DNA from: Vitrella brassicaformis CCMP3155 | Lineage: Eukaryota; Protista; Chromerida | Assembly (NCBI GenBank): GCA_001179505.1 | Contig: CDMY01000433.1 | Span: 13,299-77,298, forward strand | Length of the DNA: 64,000 nt | Direction: 5' to 3' | Part shown: positions 47,415 through 59,340 of the stretch, one piece after another | How positions within the stretch are numbered: the first letter of the stretch is position 1 | Layout of the letters: every line of letters begins with the position of its first letter | Translations under genes and position numbers: made by a program | Notes under the pieces: model-generated | What the model was told of the DNA's origin: nothing | Databases searched by the model: none | What the model saw: the letters and a program-made list of their open reading frames with translations, nothing else

Positions 47415-48735
47415 ATGAGAGGGCTGTGGCTGGCGGTGATGATGGCGTGCAGCGGCCAGCACGCATTCTCCGCAGCCGATGAATTCCCCGCAGCCTTCTT
47501 TCTGGCTGGGGTGCCCAGGAGGACAGATGCCGTCAATGCAGCCAGGTGGGACTGAATCTTGCTCGCGAGTTCCATACATACAAGGCTCGCTGTGTGTGTG
47601 CTTGGCTGGCGTCTGCTGGCTGGCTGGCTGGCTGGCTTATCTATGTGTCCATGTTTTCAGGTTGCCACGTCCATTCAAGGGTTGGCGTGGCGTGCGTGAC
47701 CCTGTACACCTGCCGCTGTCCTCTGCTGTGACTGTGACGGCCACTGAGCCGGCTCCAGCGGTTGCGAGTGAGGCTGCCCCTGCAGCAGCCACCAAGCCGC
47801 CACCGAAGAGGGCCAGGCGAGTCAAGAAGCAGCAAGGTGACCGGGGGAGGGAGGAGGGAAGGCCTGCCTGACGCTACGCTGCTGCCTGCACTTGCTTGGA
47901 TGAACGCGTTGATGGGATGGCTGCTGTGCTGGTTACTTGACTTGATGCATGCCATGGCATGCAGTTGTGGATACCACGCCGAAGGAGCCGATTCCCAAAT
48001 CGGACACGTACCAAACCACCAACCACACGAACAGTCTACCTACAGTGTTGGTGTATATCCCTGTGTGTGTGCAATTTTGTTTTTTCTATTGTCTGTCTGC
48101 AGTATGCCAGAGTCGAGCCCCCCCTATTGGTATGTGTTGATCCCCGAGCGCGTCTTCCTGTACGAGGAGCCAATGGAGGAGATATTCAGGGAACGATCAC
48201 AGGTAGGTACACAGACAGACAGACAGACAGACAGGGCCGGCCATACATGTATGCATGGAGAGCCAGTCAACTCACGTACGGCCATGCTTGCGCGTGGGTG
48301 CAGGACAAGGCTCGTCTGAAACAGCCATATGACTTCTGGGTCACTTCCAACCCATACATACTCAGGTACGCTGGCTGACAACCAGACACTCAGCCTGCAA
48401 CGGACGGAGGGATACTCCCGTGCTTATGTGTGTGTGTGTGTGGTGTGTGTGTTGTGTGTAGTTCTCTGCGGACTGCGGCTGACGTGAAGCTGTGTCAGAA
48501 GCTGAGCACCCTGGGCCAGCGGTGCTATGCTGTCATCACATCAGACTACTACTACGCAAGGTCGGGCGGACACTGAGTGATGACAGACATAGCCTGCCTC
48601 CCTGTCTGTGAGTGTTGTGGGTAAGTACGTCACTGCTTTCGTTCTCCCGTCCCTCTCTGTGTGTGCAGGTTCCTTCGTCTGCGGCTGCGTGACGGCATCA
48701 TGGGCGGACCCCTCAGACTCAAGAGGAAAAAGTGA
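47415..48735 (+). CDS. ycf54: Ycf54 (Mg-protoporphyrin IX monomethyl ester cyclase auxiliary subunit), nuclear-encoded with bipartite plastid-targeting leader
   Basis: Spliced C-terminal domain YWYVLIPERVFLYEEPMEEIFRERSQDKARLKQPYDFWVTSNPYIL...CYAVITSDYYYARFLRLRL matches the Ycf54 motifs EEPLEEVLRER, DFWLV and STxxxFxxWLKLRL. N-terminal signal-like MRGLWLAVMMACSGQHAF. Confidence 0.8.
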
Positions 48736-49153
48736 CCATGCATGTGTATGAGTGAATGACGTGCGAAGGCTTTTACAGAGAGATGCATTTGGCGATGGCG
48801 GGGTGGAGGGGAGGGGGGGAGAGAGGGATGGGTGAGCCGTTCACGCGTGCCAAGACGCGATGCCAGGCAGCTAGACCCACTGGACTTTTTCCGTGTGTGG
48901 ATGGATGGATGGATTGGTTGATTTTTGGAGGGCGCGGTGCGGTGCATGATTGATTATTGAGATAAAGGACTGAGGGATGTCCAGACACTCACCACGCCAC
49001 GTCCGTGTGTCATCATAATCAAGTGATCAATCAGTTGGGCGTGCAATCCATCCATCCATCTCACACTCTGTATGTACATACAGACAGCTACGGCCATGCA
49101 GCGATCACCGGACACCACAAGCACAGGCCGGCCGGTCCTGGTTGGCTGCCTGC

Positions 49154-49398
49154 CTAAGGCTCTAAGTTGATTTGTTGTCCGAATCTGGCGTACAGCGTGG
49201 CCTTGAGTTGGTCCATCTGCTCGCGTAGCCGGTCGCTCTCCGCCCTGAGGTGCTCCAGCTCGGCACTCAGCCTGCCCTTCTCACACTCTATGTGCTCGCT
49301 TATCGCATCCTCGGGCAAACGAATGAAACACTCACCTACACGAAGCCTGAGGGGAGCACACAAGGACCTTCCTGATTTATGCTGTCATGAGTGTCGTG

Positions 49399-49429
<31 letters not shown>

Positions 49430-49788
49430 TCTGTACATGAGTGCGTCGGCCTCCATGGTGATCATGGCCTCTTCAGAGGCATCCTCCAGGTCCTGCAGCG
49501 ACTTCTACACTCACACGCAAACCCATCAATACACATGGCACGGCATATGGCTGCACTCGTGGGCGACTTCATTGCAGGTCGGGCAGCCCTCACCTTCTTG
49601 GCCTCAATTTTCGCCAGCAACTCGTTGTTCTGCCGACACACAGACGAAACACACAGATGACACCGACAGTATGCATGTGGTTTATCTGTCTGCAGACGTG
49701 TGATTACATCCTTACTTACATGTATATTCGCTTTGTTGAAGGTGTTGATGCGGTCCTGGTCCTCGGCAGAAACCGCCTCTTCACTCAT
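49154..49788 (-). CDS. PFDN4: Prefoldin subunit 4
   Basis: MSEEAVSAEDQDRINTFNK...LQDLEDASEEAMI...VGECFIRL...EQMDQLKATLYARFGQQINLE. Confidence 0.92.
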
Positions 49789-49916
49789 CGTCAGGCTGCA
49801 GGGAGGGTGGGCTGAGTTCTGAAAAAGCATGCAACCACATTGCAGGGGGTGAGGGATATCTGTGTGGCAGCCATCTTGCCTCGCGCTGATTTCTCCCTTC
49901 GATCCTTATTTTGCAA

Positions 49917-49924
49917 TGCGAGCT
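49917..49924. promoter_or_regulatory. TGCGAGCT motif between PFDN4 and the mitochondrial carrier
   Basis: Inside the 49788-50052 divergent interval. Confidence 0.5.
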
Positions 49925-50051
49925 TGGCTTGCAAAGGAAAGGCATTCATCCCCCCCCCTCCTGGCTTTGTCTTGGGGTTCCTGGACCAGGACAAGGTGTG
50001 TGGGCGAGCAGGATCTTGTTGTTCACGTGGTTGTTGGCCTGTCAGCTAGCC

Positions 50052-51713
50052 ATGGCACAGGAGGCCAAGGTGTCTGCTGCAGCTGCCTTGACGTCCAGCG
50101 TCTGCACCCAGGCAGCACTGCATCCGTTCGACCTCATTCGAACTCGAATGATGGGTACGTACGGCAACAAAGACAGCCAGGGCAGGGACCACAGACAAAT
50201 CACGTGCAGATCTCTGTCTGTGCAGTGTCGAAAGTGACAGGTGGTGCGGTTCCATCCCACCGGGGCACGATATCATCTGCGCGTGCAATCCTGAGGGCGG
50301 AGGGCATCCCCGGGCTGTACAAGGGCCTCACAGCCACCGTCATCGCGTCGGGGGTCTCATGGGGACTCTTCAGATACCTGTACGTATGTATGTATGCCTT
50401 AACGCCCTCACGGAGGGTGGCCTAGTCGATTGAGGTGTTGTGCTCGCTGTGGACCCATGTGTGTATGCGTATGTGTGCAGCTTCGATGTGTGGAGGTATG
50501 AGATAGGCCGATACCGCCAAGTGACCATGGCCGAGTGGCGGGGAGATGGCGGCCAGGAGGGAATACCAAGAAGCAGCCATGCGTCATTTAGTGATAACCT
50601 GGTGAGGCAGCCACGCAGTCAGAGAGTCATTCATGGGCCCCATGAGTGGTGCACGACGGGTGTGTGTGTGTGTGTTTGGTGTGCAGCTTGCGAGTATGGG
50701 TGCGAGTTTTGCCTCCACGCTGTGTGTGCATCCCCTGTGGCTCCTCAAAAGCCGGCTGGAAATGCAGACATTCGAAAGCAAGGTCAGTCAAGTCAGGGAT
50801 CGTTTCCCTCCACGTCGCCGATGAGTGTGAGCGTTCTGTGCATCGATCGTCAGAGTGCCGGGTGGGTGCAGTATGGTGGCTGGTGGGACTGCCTGCGGAC
50901 GATAGTGAGGACGGAGGGCCCCATGTCGCTCTACAGGGGGCTGGGTCCCGCCCTCGGCCTGGTGCCTCACGCCGCCGTACAGCTCCTGGCGTACGAAGAA
51001 ATCAAAAAAAGGGACAGGTGCAGACACACACTGACGCAGGGAGGGAGGGAGGGAGGGAGGAGAGAGAGCGTTGACGTCGTGTGTGTGTGGTGTAAGTGGG
51101 TGTTTGATGGATGGTGTATGTATGTGTGTAGGCGTGTGGAGGGTGTGCCGTTGAATCCCATCAAGCCCTTCCTGTGGGGCGCCGCCTCCAAGTTCGCCGC
51201 ATCATGCATCACCTTCCCACTGCAGGTACCCTTATGTGAGAAATAGGGGGTGTATCTTCTTCGTTCCACTGTGTCCACCTGTCTGTGTGTGTGTGGGCCC
51301 CCTGACTGACTGTCTGTCTGTCTGGCAGGTGTTGCGTGTTCGGCAGCAGGTGCAGACGAATCCCTACGGCGGCCGGAACTTCCTCACTGTCGCCCTGGTC
51401 GGTCAGTCAGTCAGTGAGGAAATCTGCCACGCAGGCACCGATACACTGATTGACATGTCTGATGGATGGATGGACGCATGCAGACTATGGTGTCCGAGGA
51501 GGGCGTCATTTCCCTCTATCGTGGCTTCTGGGTGCACGTCCAGGTCAGATGCCCACGCACAAACTCTCTAAAAGGGCTGTCAGATCAGTGTCATGTGTGC
51601 TTGTATGCGTGTCTGTCTGTCTGTCTGTCTGTGTCAACGGATGTGTGCAGCGTGCCTGTCTGCACAACGCCGTCATGTTTTTGTTGTTCGAGAGGTTTTT
51701 GGGCAACGTCTGA
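50052..51713 (+). CDS. Mitochondrial carrier, SLC25A32-like (folate/FAD transporter subfamily)
   Basis: Three carrier repeats HPFDLIRTR, HPLWLLKSRL and FPLQVLRVRQQ, plus EGxxGLYKG, GVSWGLF and VPHAAVQLLAYEEIKK. Confidence 0.85.
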
Positions 51714-52257
51714 GTGTGCCTTGGATCTCGGCATCTTGTCGGGTGTAGATAGATAGACATTCAGGTCTCCTTCCCTCCCTATGTGTGAGTAGTGTACATA
51801 TTATGTAGGTTTGTGTGTGTGTGTGTGTGTGTGTTTCTGCCTGTGGTGTTCATTGCAAATGAGTGCACGGAGAGCTGTTTGAGGGGGGAAGGTGTCCATC
51901 CGTCTGTGAGTTTCTTCTTTCTGGTGTCAGTCAGTCAGTCAGTGTCCATCCACATCACACCACACCGCACCCTGCCTGCCTGCCTGCCTTGATCCACTGA
52001 CTGACTGACTGACTGACGTCCATGACCCCCACCCACCGACCCAGATGCGATCGATGCATGGAGTACGTGAAAGAAATGAATGGGGCTGCCTGACAGGCCT
52101 GCCGGCTGCATTCATTCCACGTATGGTCTCTCTCTACCACTCACTCTCTCATGCAGCCAGACAGCCAGCCACGATCCATGCCAGCCATGATGTATTCATG
52201 CATTGATTGATTGATTGAGAGCCGGCCGACCCTGGTGGATTGGAGGAGAGGGCTCGA

Positions 52258-53057
52258 TCAGCAGCCGACGGCGGATTTGCCCAGGAGTTTGTGCGTCAAG
52301 GGCGACGATTCCTTGGGACCACAGGTTTGGATCTGACAGACAGACAGACAGGCAGGCAGGGACCATGCACAGCCCACGTATGTGTGTGTGTGCGTGGCAG
52401 AAGCACCCGCCCGTCTGTCTTGGTGTGTGGATGGAAGAGTGTTGTCATACGGTCTGGTCGGTGACAGCCTTCTTGTCGAAGCACAGAGGCTCGCCATCCT
52501 TGTCCTTGGTCTTGGTCGAGGCTGCACACAGCATGCGCCACACAGACCACAACCGTATCGACATCGGCGCAGACACATGTATGTATGGATACAATATATA
52601 ATAGCATACGTACCTTCGCAGGCGTCTGCCGCTAAGTGGCAGATCCCTATGCCATAAGCGATGCTGTGTTTTCTATCGACGAAGGCGGTGCCGAGAACTA
52701 AGTACGTAACAGCCGTGTTTCTCTCTCTACTCAATCAATGTGAGCGTGCGCATGCGCATACCGCATGTGTACTGTTCTGGACACCCCTCGACGTCTCCGG
52801 CACCGGCACCCCACACTTTGGTGCCTCCTTCCATTTTTGTTGTCTGGCATCACACATATGCATACGTCATCCGTCAGCCCCCATGTCTCCTCACTTACCG
52901 CAAACATCATCACGCAGGGCGTGGGTTTTCCTTGGGCGACAAGGGCTGTGCCATTGCGGTGATGCCTGCCTCCGTAGGGATGGATGAAGCTGCCGCCGCC
53001 CACCGCACGCCCGGCGGCCAGACAGGAGAGGAGCAGTGCCAGGAAAACACCGGCCAT
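52258..53057 (-). CDS. Small secreted cysteine-rich protein, unknown family (5 exons, ~156 aa)
   Basis: Signal peptide MAGVFLALLLSCLAAGRAVG. Four GT-AG introns with consistent phases (0,1,1,0). Mature part contains GCPEQYTC, GICHLAADAC, PLCFD, QTCGP and a terminal C*. Confidence 0.72.
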
Positions 53058-53376
53058 CTCTTTTGCTCGGCTTTAATTGGCCCGCGGAATTAACGCACGT
53101 CTCTCTTTCTGTCTAGTGCAGACCGCTTCCTGCTTCGCTCAGGCACGGGATTGGAAGAAAGAATCGGAATACTAGAGAATTCGGATGTCAGGACGAGACG
53201 CCAATTGGGGGCCGGGTCGCCCCCTCATGCATGCGTGCGTGCCAAGTAGCACAAACAGGAGCGTTGAAATGCGTGCAATGCGACCAACGGGCACTGATTC
53301 GTTCCTCCAACATAAAATAAAGTGGCAGCCTGTTATATACACACCTACACGCTTTCCCGCAAGCAGGATGGATCCA

Positions 53377-54708
53377 TCAGGCCTGCATCAACACATAGTC
53401 TCGGGAGCTTCTCCCGAACCGAATCACGTCCTGCTCCCTGCAGCAGCAGTACACACACACACACACACACACATGAAGCAAAAGTAGCCGGCTGGCCCTT
53501 CCATGAGTGAGTGCATCGTGTCGGTCGGTCGGCCGCCCTGTGTGTCGTGCCATGTACTGTGTGTGGGTGACATATATGAGTGTTAACGGCGCCCCACTCG
53601 CTCACTTGCTCACCCACCTTAGCTCGACGTATCTGCATGGCTCGATCTTCTTGTCGTTGAGGACGGTGCCGTTGGTGCTCTCCAAATCCATCAGGTACGG
53701 ACTGCATTGCATGAACAGCACATGACACAAATACATACATACAGCAAGCCAGCGAGCCACACCATGGGCCAGCCAGCCATTGGTGCGTGGTGGGTGGATG
53801 AATGGATGGATGGATGTGTGGATGCGTACGTACACGACATCGGTTCCCACGAGTCGGTACTGCACGACGGCATGTTGCTTGGAGCATGTGGGATGTCGCG
53901 TCACGATGTCCGCCACCTTCTCGTCCTTGCCAAACAAATACGTCGCCTGACGGTGCAAGTAGTGAACCTCTGCACCCAGCAAGCCAGCCAAGACGAGACG
54001 ACGTGTGTGTACCATTTAGACACACCAAAGCGCTCCGTCACACTCGGTTTGGTACGTACCCTTTTCCTTTTCGTCATCATCCTTGAAGACATAGAAGCGC
54101 CACTTCTTGGTGGGCAGCCGAGACTCGGGAGGCACAGTGTACTGATGGGGGCGTGAGACGATCGATGCATATATACAACCGAGGCACACAGACAGGCAAC
54201 AATGGTAGGGTGGCTGGGGAAGGTGGATTCCCTTTCAGGACTGCCTGTCCTCTGATGCTCACTCACTTTGAGAGTGATTCCATTCCTGACGTTGGTTTCC
54301 TTGGCCAGTAGGCCGGAAGGCTCATAGTTGGGTTCCTCAGGAGGAGGCTCCTCCTTGCCCTCGTCAACACCGTCGCCGCTGGCCTCAGATCTACAAGACT
54401 CCATTAAACACACAATATGGATAGATGGATGCATTTCCGTCCGCAACACTTGCGTCATGCATGGTGCTCCTTGCCTTCGTACCCGGTCCGTCGTGGTGCT
54501 CCTTCCTCGTCTTGAGATGATTTTCTGTTTCTCTTTCTTCTTTCCTCTTCATTTCCATAGTCCTCTTTTCGACCCCACTGCTCCTCCACATCTTCCTCCC
54601 TGCCGTAATCCCTCTCAGTACGACCTCTCTTGCTCATTCTCCTCTCCGCGAGCTCCTTTGACCGTTTTTGACGGGAGTGGTGTGGTCCGCGAATTGGGCT
54701 AGTGCCCA
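53377..54708 (-). CDS. SNIP1: SNIP1/Pml1/DAWDLE FHA-domain splicing factor (RES complex)
   Basis: R/E/K-rich N-terminus; PNYEPSGLLAKETN...YTVPPESRLPTKKWRFYVFK...LHRQATYLFG...HPTCSKQHAVVQYR...PYLMDLESTNGT.LN...RYVELREQDVIRFGRSSRDYVL. Confidence 0.93.
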
Positions 54709-55999
54709 TTTGCGTCTTTAAGAAACAACACGTTCGGCAGACAAAACGCTCGATCATGATCGTATGGGAGAGAAAAGGAAAAACAGTAGCGGTGTTATGC
54801 TGCTTGCAGTACTACAGACACGTCAATATGTCGAGAAGCTTCGTGTTTTTTGTCACGTTTGGATCAGTGACCGTCAAACTGATGTACCCTAAAGCGATAA
54901 GCTATTGAACAAAGCTCCGATGTCAGGGTAGGGTGCTTCCTGAAACCGCTGCTGCTTGAAAAAGATCGCGCTTGGCTTCCCTGAGAAAGTCAACGAACAA
55001 GGGTATCTCTGGGCGCGAACTTCTTAAAAAAGCAAGATCCATTACGGAAGTAAGCATCAAGTAAGCATCAACTGACTGAACACACGAAACGCGCCAGTGT
55101 GTGGTGGATGGGATATTTCTCCTTTGTCCGTTCATGCAGCTTGTTGAGCTTGGCCAGCTCTTCACGCAGGCAGCCAGGCCATTCTTGCCTCAGCCACTTC
55201 TCATCAAAGTCCCGCGCAATGTGGAGGCCTTCGGGGGACGTCACTCTTGACTCTTGACAGCGCCACATAGATGGCAAAAGGAATCGTTGCCTTCGTCTGG
55301 TAAGGAGGAGGGCGAGATCCACCGTTACCTCCTTGAGGGTCTTGCCTTGCACCTTCCAGACAGTGCGACAGAAGGCAGGGACAATAGGAAGTTGAATACG
55401 TTTGACTGTCCGATTGATAGGCGTTGATGTGAGGCCGAGGAAGCTCCTGTTGAGAGGAAAAGAGCGCACAGCTGGTGTCAGAGCTGTGTACGGGTTCGGT
55501 CGTGATCGTCCTTCATCAGGCACATGCCGAAGGACGGCCGTATGCGGATGGGCTTCGGGGGGGGGGGGGGGGGGGGGGGGAAGGGAAGGCCCGTGATGCG
55601 TGTGTCGGCTGTTCTCGAACTGCAGGATGACCTCCGCTGGATCTGCAGCCACGCCCGTAGCTGCCAGACACAGCCAGTGTCTGCATTGCAGTTCAGCAAA
55701 ATAAACCTTCACCGCTTTCATGACGGTCTTGCCGGTGCCGCCCCCGCGGGTCAGGCACATGAGCAATGACGCGATGTACTTGTTGTCCCTCAGGTCTTTG
55801 TAGTGGTTCAGCAACTGGCTGCAGATGATTTGGAACGCCCGCATCTGCTTTTTGTTCAATCGGTGATGGCTCACCCACTGAACAGAGAAGATCCTGTCGT
55901 CGACCGTCTCAGGCGGCTTGAATGCGGACGCCGGCTGCGCCAGCAATCGAGTGAGGTCGGCCGCATTCATCGAGTGACCACCGTGTGTGAAGATATTCG

Positions 56000-56299
56000 N
56001 NNNNNNNNNNNNNNNNNNNNNNNNNNNNNNNNNNNNNNNNNNNNNNNNNNNNNNNNNNNNNNNNNNNNNNNNNNNNNNNNNNNNNNNNNNNNNNNNNNNN
56101 NNNNNNNNNNNNNNNNNNNNNNNNNNNNNNNNNNNNNNNNNNNNNNNNNNNNNNNNNNNNNNNNNNNNNNNNNNNNNNNNNNNNNNNNNNNNNNNNNNNN
56201 NNNNNNNNNNNNNNNNNNNNNNNNNNNNNNNNNNNNNNNNNNNNNNNNNNNNNNNNNNNNNNNNNNNNNNNNNNNNNNNNNNNNNNNNNNNNNNNNNNN
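56000..56299. other. Assembly gap (300 N)
   Basis: Run of N. Confidence 1.
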
Positions 56300-57614
56300 G
56301 CCGATTTCATTTACCTTGTTGCGTTGCTGGTGCAGGTCATCGTTGGGCTGATCCTGGCGGTTCCCATTTGATTGACAAGCCGATTGACAGTCATCGAAGG
56401 CAGTCTTCAATAGCCCCTTCAACAGGCGCGCTAGATTGATACATGTCTATTGATATCATCGCTGGATATCGATAGGTTGGCATCCAATTGCATCCAGCGA
56501 TGCATTGATATGCTTGGCGAGCTTGGCCGTCAGGCCGCATAGGGTGCTGCCTGAAACCGCTGCTGCTTGAAAAAGATCCCACGCTCGGGGAGAAAGTCAA
56601 CGAACAAGGGTATCTAAGGGTATCTCTGGGCGCGAACTTCTTAAAAATGCATCAACTGACTGTGTAACGCACGAAATGCGCCAGTTTGTGGTGGATGGGA
56701 TGTTTCTCCTTTGTCCGTTCATGCAGCTGGTTGAGCTTTGTCTTTCTTGGTTGTCTTTTCGCAGGTCCCTCAGTGCCGCATCGACTTTGTCGAGCTTCTG
56801 GCGGTTAACGAAAGAGATCTCGCCGACTATCGTGTAGTGGATATGCTTGTAAGGCTCCTCTCTGCAAATGCGGTCACCATCGACTGTCTGTGCTTCCCCG
56901 CTTGGCGCGGGCATCCTCTTCTCGCCACTCTCGAGGTCATCGAAGAGGTGCAGGAGCGAATCGATGGTCGAGCCTTCGGTGTTGCCTGCAGCCACACCGG
57001 TAAGTGCCTGTACCAAGCCTTAACGGCTTTCATGACGGTCTTGCCGTTGCCGCCCTTGCCGGTCATGCGCATGCCAAATTTCACGGTGTATTTGTCCAGC
57101 AAGTGACTGCAGATGACTTGGAACGCCCGCATCTGCTCTTCGTTCAATCGGTAACGGGTCGCCCACTCAATGGAGAAGATCCTGTCGTCGACCGTCTCAG
57201 GCGGCTTGAATGCGGACGCCGGCTGCGCCAGCAATCGAGTGAGGTCGGCCGCATTCATCGAGTGACCACCATGTGTGAAGATATTTGAAGAGAAGCTACT
57301 CACTCAGAAGGCTTACTTCATCTGACGTGCCGCGGCTGTGGCCGATTTTACTTAGCTTATTGCGTTGCTGGTGCAGGTCGTCGTTGGGCTGATCCTGGCG
57401 GTTCCCATTTGATTGACAAGCCGATTGACAGTCATCGAAGGCAGTCTTCGATAGCCCCTTCAAGAGGCACATCCAATTGTATCCAGCGATGCATTGATAT
57501 ACTCGGCGAAGCACGTCTTCAACTCGGGCGCAACAGGAGCGGCAACATGGGGGGTGTCTTGTGTTCTTGGTGCAGCCCTCTTGAGTACCTGCATGCTATC
57601 GCCACATCTGTGTT

Positions 57615-57914
57615 NNNNNNNNNNNNNNNNNNNNNNNNNNNNNNNNNNNNNNNNNNNNNNNNNNNNNNNNNNNNNNNNNNNNNNNNNNNNNNNNNNNNNN
57701 NNNNNNNNNNNNNNNNNNNNNNNNNNNNNNNNNNNNNNNNNNNNNNNNNNNNNNNNNNNNNNNNNNNNNNNNNNNNNNNNNNNNNNNNNNNNNNNNNNNN
57801 NNNNNNNNNNNNNNNNNNNNNNNNNNNNNNNNNNNNNNNNNNNNNNNNNNNNNNNNNNNNNNNNNNNNNNNNNNNNNNNNNNNNNNNNNNNNNNNNNNNN
57901 NNNNNNNNNNNNNN
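57615..57914. other. Assembly gap (300 N)
   Basis: Run of N. Confidence 1.
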
Positions 57915-59099
57915 CGTATGCGGATGGGCTTCGTCAGGTGAGGACAGGCGGGGGGGAGGAGAAGGCCCGTGAGATGAGTGTGTCGGCTGTTCTCGAACTG
58001 CAGGATGACCTCCGCTGGATCTGCAGCCACGCCCGTAGCTGCCAGACACAGCCAGTGTCTGCATTGCAGTTCAGCAAAATAAACCTTCACCGCTTTCATG
58101 ACGGTCTTGCCGGTGCCGCCCCCGCGGGTCAGGCACATGAGCAATGACGCGATGTACTTGTTGTCCCTCAGGTCTTTGTAGTGGTTCAGCAACTGGCTGC
58201 AGATGATTTGGAACGCCCGCATCTGCTTTTTGTTCAATCGGTGATGGCTCACCCACTGAACAGAGAAGATCCTGTCGTCGACCGTCTCAGGCGGCTTGAA
58301 TGCGGACGCCGGCTGCGCCAGCAATCGAGTGAGGTCGGCCGCATTCATCGAGTGACCACCATGTGTGAAGATATTTGAAGAGAAGCTACTCACTCAGAAG
58401 GCTTACTTCATCTGACGTGCCGCGGCTGTGGCCGATTTTACTTAGCTTATTGCGTTGCTGGTGCAGGTCGTCGTTGGGCTGATCCTGGCGGTTCCCATTT
58501 GATTGACAAGCCGATTGACAGTCATCGAAGGCAGTCTTCGATAGCCCCTTCAAGAGGCACATCCAATTGTATCCAGCGATGCATTGATATACTCGGCGAA
58601 GCACGTCTTCAACTCGGGCGCAACAGGAGCGGCAACATGGGGGGTGTCTTGTGTTCTTGGTGCAGCCCTCTTGAGTACCTGCATGCTATCGCCACATCTG
58701 TGTTCAAGTCCTGGATGCTTTTCGAGCTCTCGCCATTGCTGTGCGTGTTTTTGAAACTCTCGCCATTGTTGCATGCGTCGGTGTGCTTCTCGCAAACACT
58801 CGTCCTGTGCACGTCTCTGTGACGCAGAATTGAACCACCACTTCGCACGCTGCTGTCGACCCCGCCCAATTCGCGGCCCGGGGTGCCCACGCAGTGGGTG
58901 CCCCTTACTCGGAATAATATACACCGGCGAAAAACCTAATATCAAACCCTATCACCCTAAAACCTATCAACAAGATCCACAAAAGATGTTCGTTCGTGTT
59001 ACATTACGGAGTCCTTGCCTGTCCTTACCTGCGTCGCTACTTAAACGATGGGCTGACAGGCAGTCACACTCATTCTGCCACTGACTGCCTCACTGTATG

Positions 59100-59340
59100 T
59101 GGCACCCTGCTTCGAAGACCTTGAAACCAGTGTGCATAAGAGCCAGGTCATCAGCATACAGCAAGCAGAAGACGAGCACATCGCGCAAGCGGATGAAACC
59201 AGGCAAATCACCAACAAAGAGGGAAACAGCAGGGGGCTCTGCAGACGGCAGAGAAACCGTCATACCCGCCATCCACACAAGCCTCCACGTTAGCATACAG
59301 AGCCTCGAGAAGAACGAGTTGCTCGCTACCCCCACCACAC
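59100..59340 (-). mobile_element. Non-LTR retrotransposon RT fragment
   Basis: SLFVGDLPGFIRLRDVLVFCLLYADDLAL contains the LINE-type YADD motif after an LFxLFxxDL-like block. Isolated and degenerate. Confidence 0.6.

Larger units (their letters stand above)
54925..58820 (-). mobile_element. Degenerate Helitron-type PIF1 helicase fragments, repeated 3-4 times
   Basis: Walker A LMCLTRGGGTGKTVMKAV / MRMTGKGGNGKT, ATGVAA, STIDSLL, motif II-like IVGEISFV...DKVDAALR, and C-terminal RIQLPIVPAFCRTVWKVQGKTL...SRVT. Frameshifts, deletions and two N gaps. Confidence 0.8.

Noticed and set aside
55557-55580. Poly-G run as a functional G-quadruplex
   Set aside because: It sits at a deletion junction in a dead Helitron fragment, and the sister copy near 57950 has a shorter, interrupted run, so homopolymer length is unreliable.
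57300-58700. Exact repeats 57300-57614 = 58380-58700 and ~55590-55999 = ~57970-58380 as recent Helitron tandem amplification
   Set aside because: The repeats terminate at N gaps, so copy number cannot be trusted. Only the diverged variant at ~56600-57300 is clearly a separate copy.
58931-58970. Telomere-like aaaccct/accctaa sequence
   Set aside because: Only two or three imperfect units, not a tandem telomeric array.
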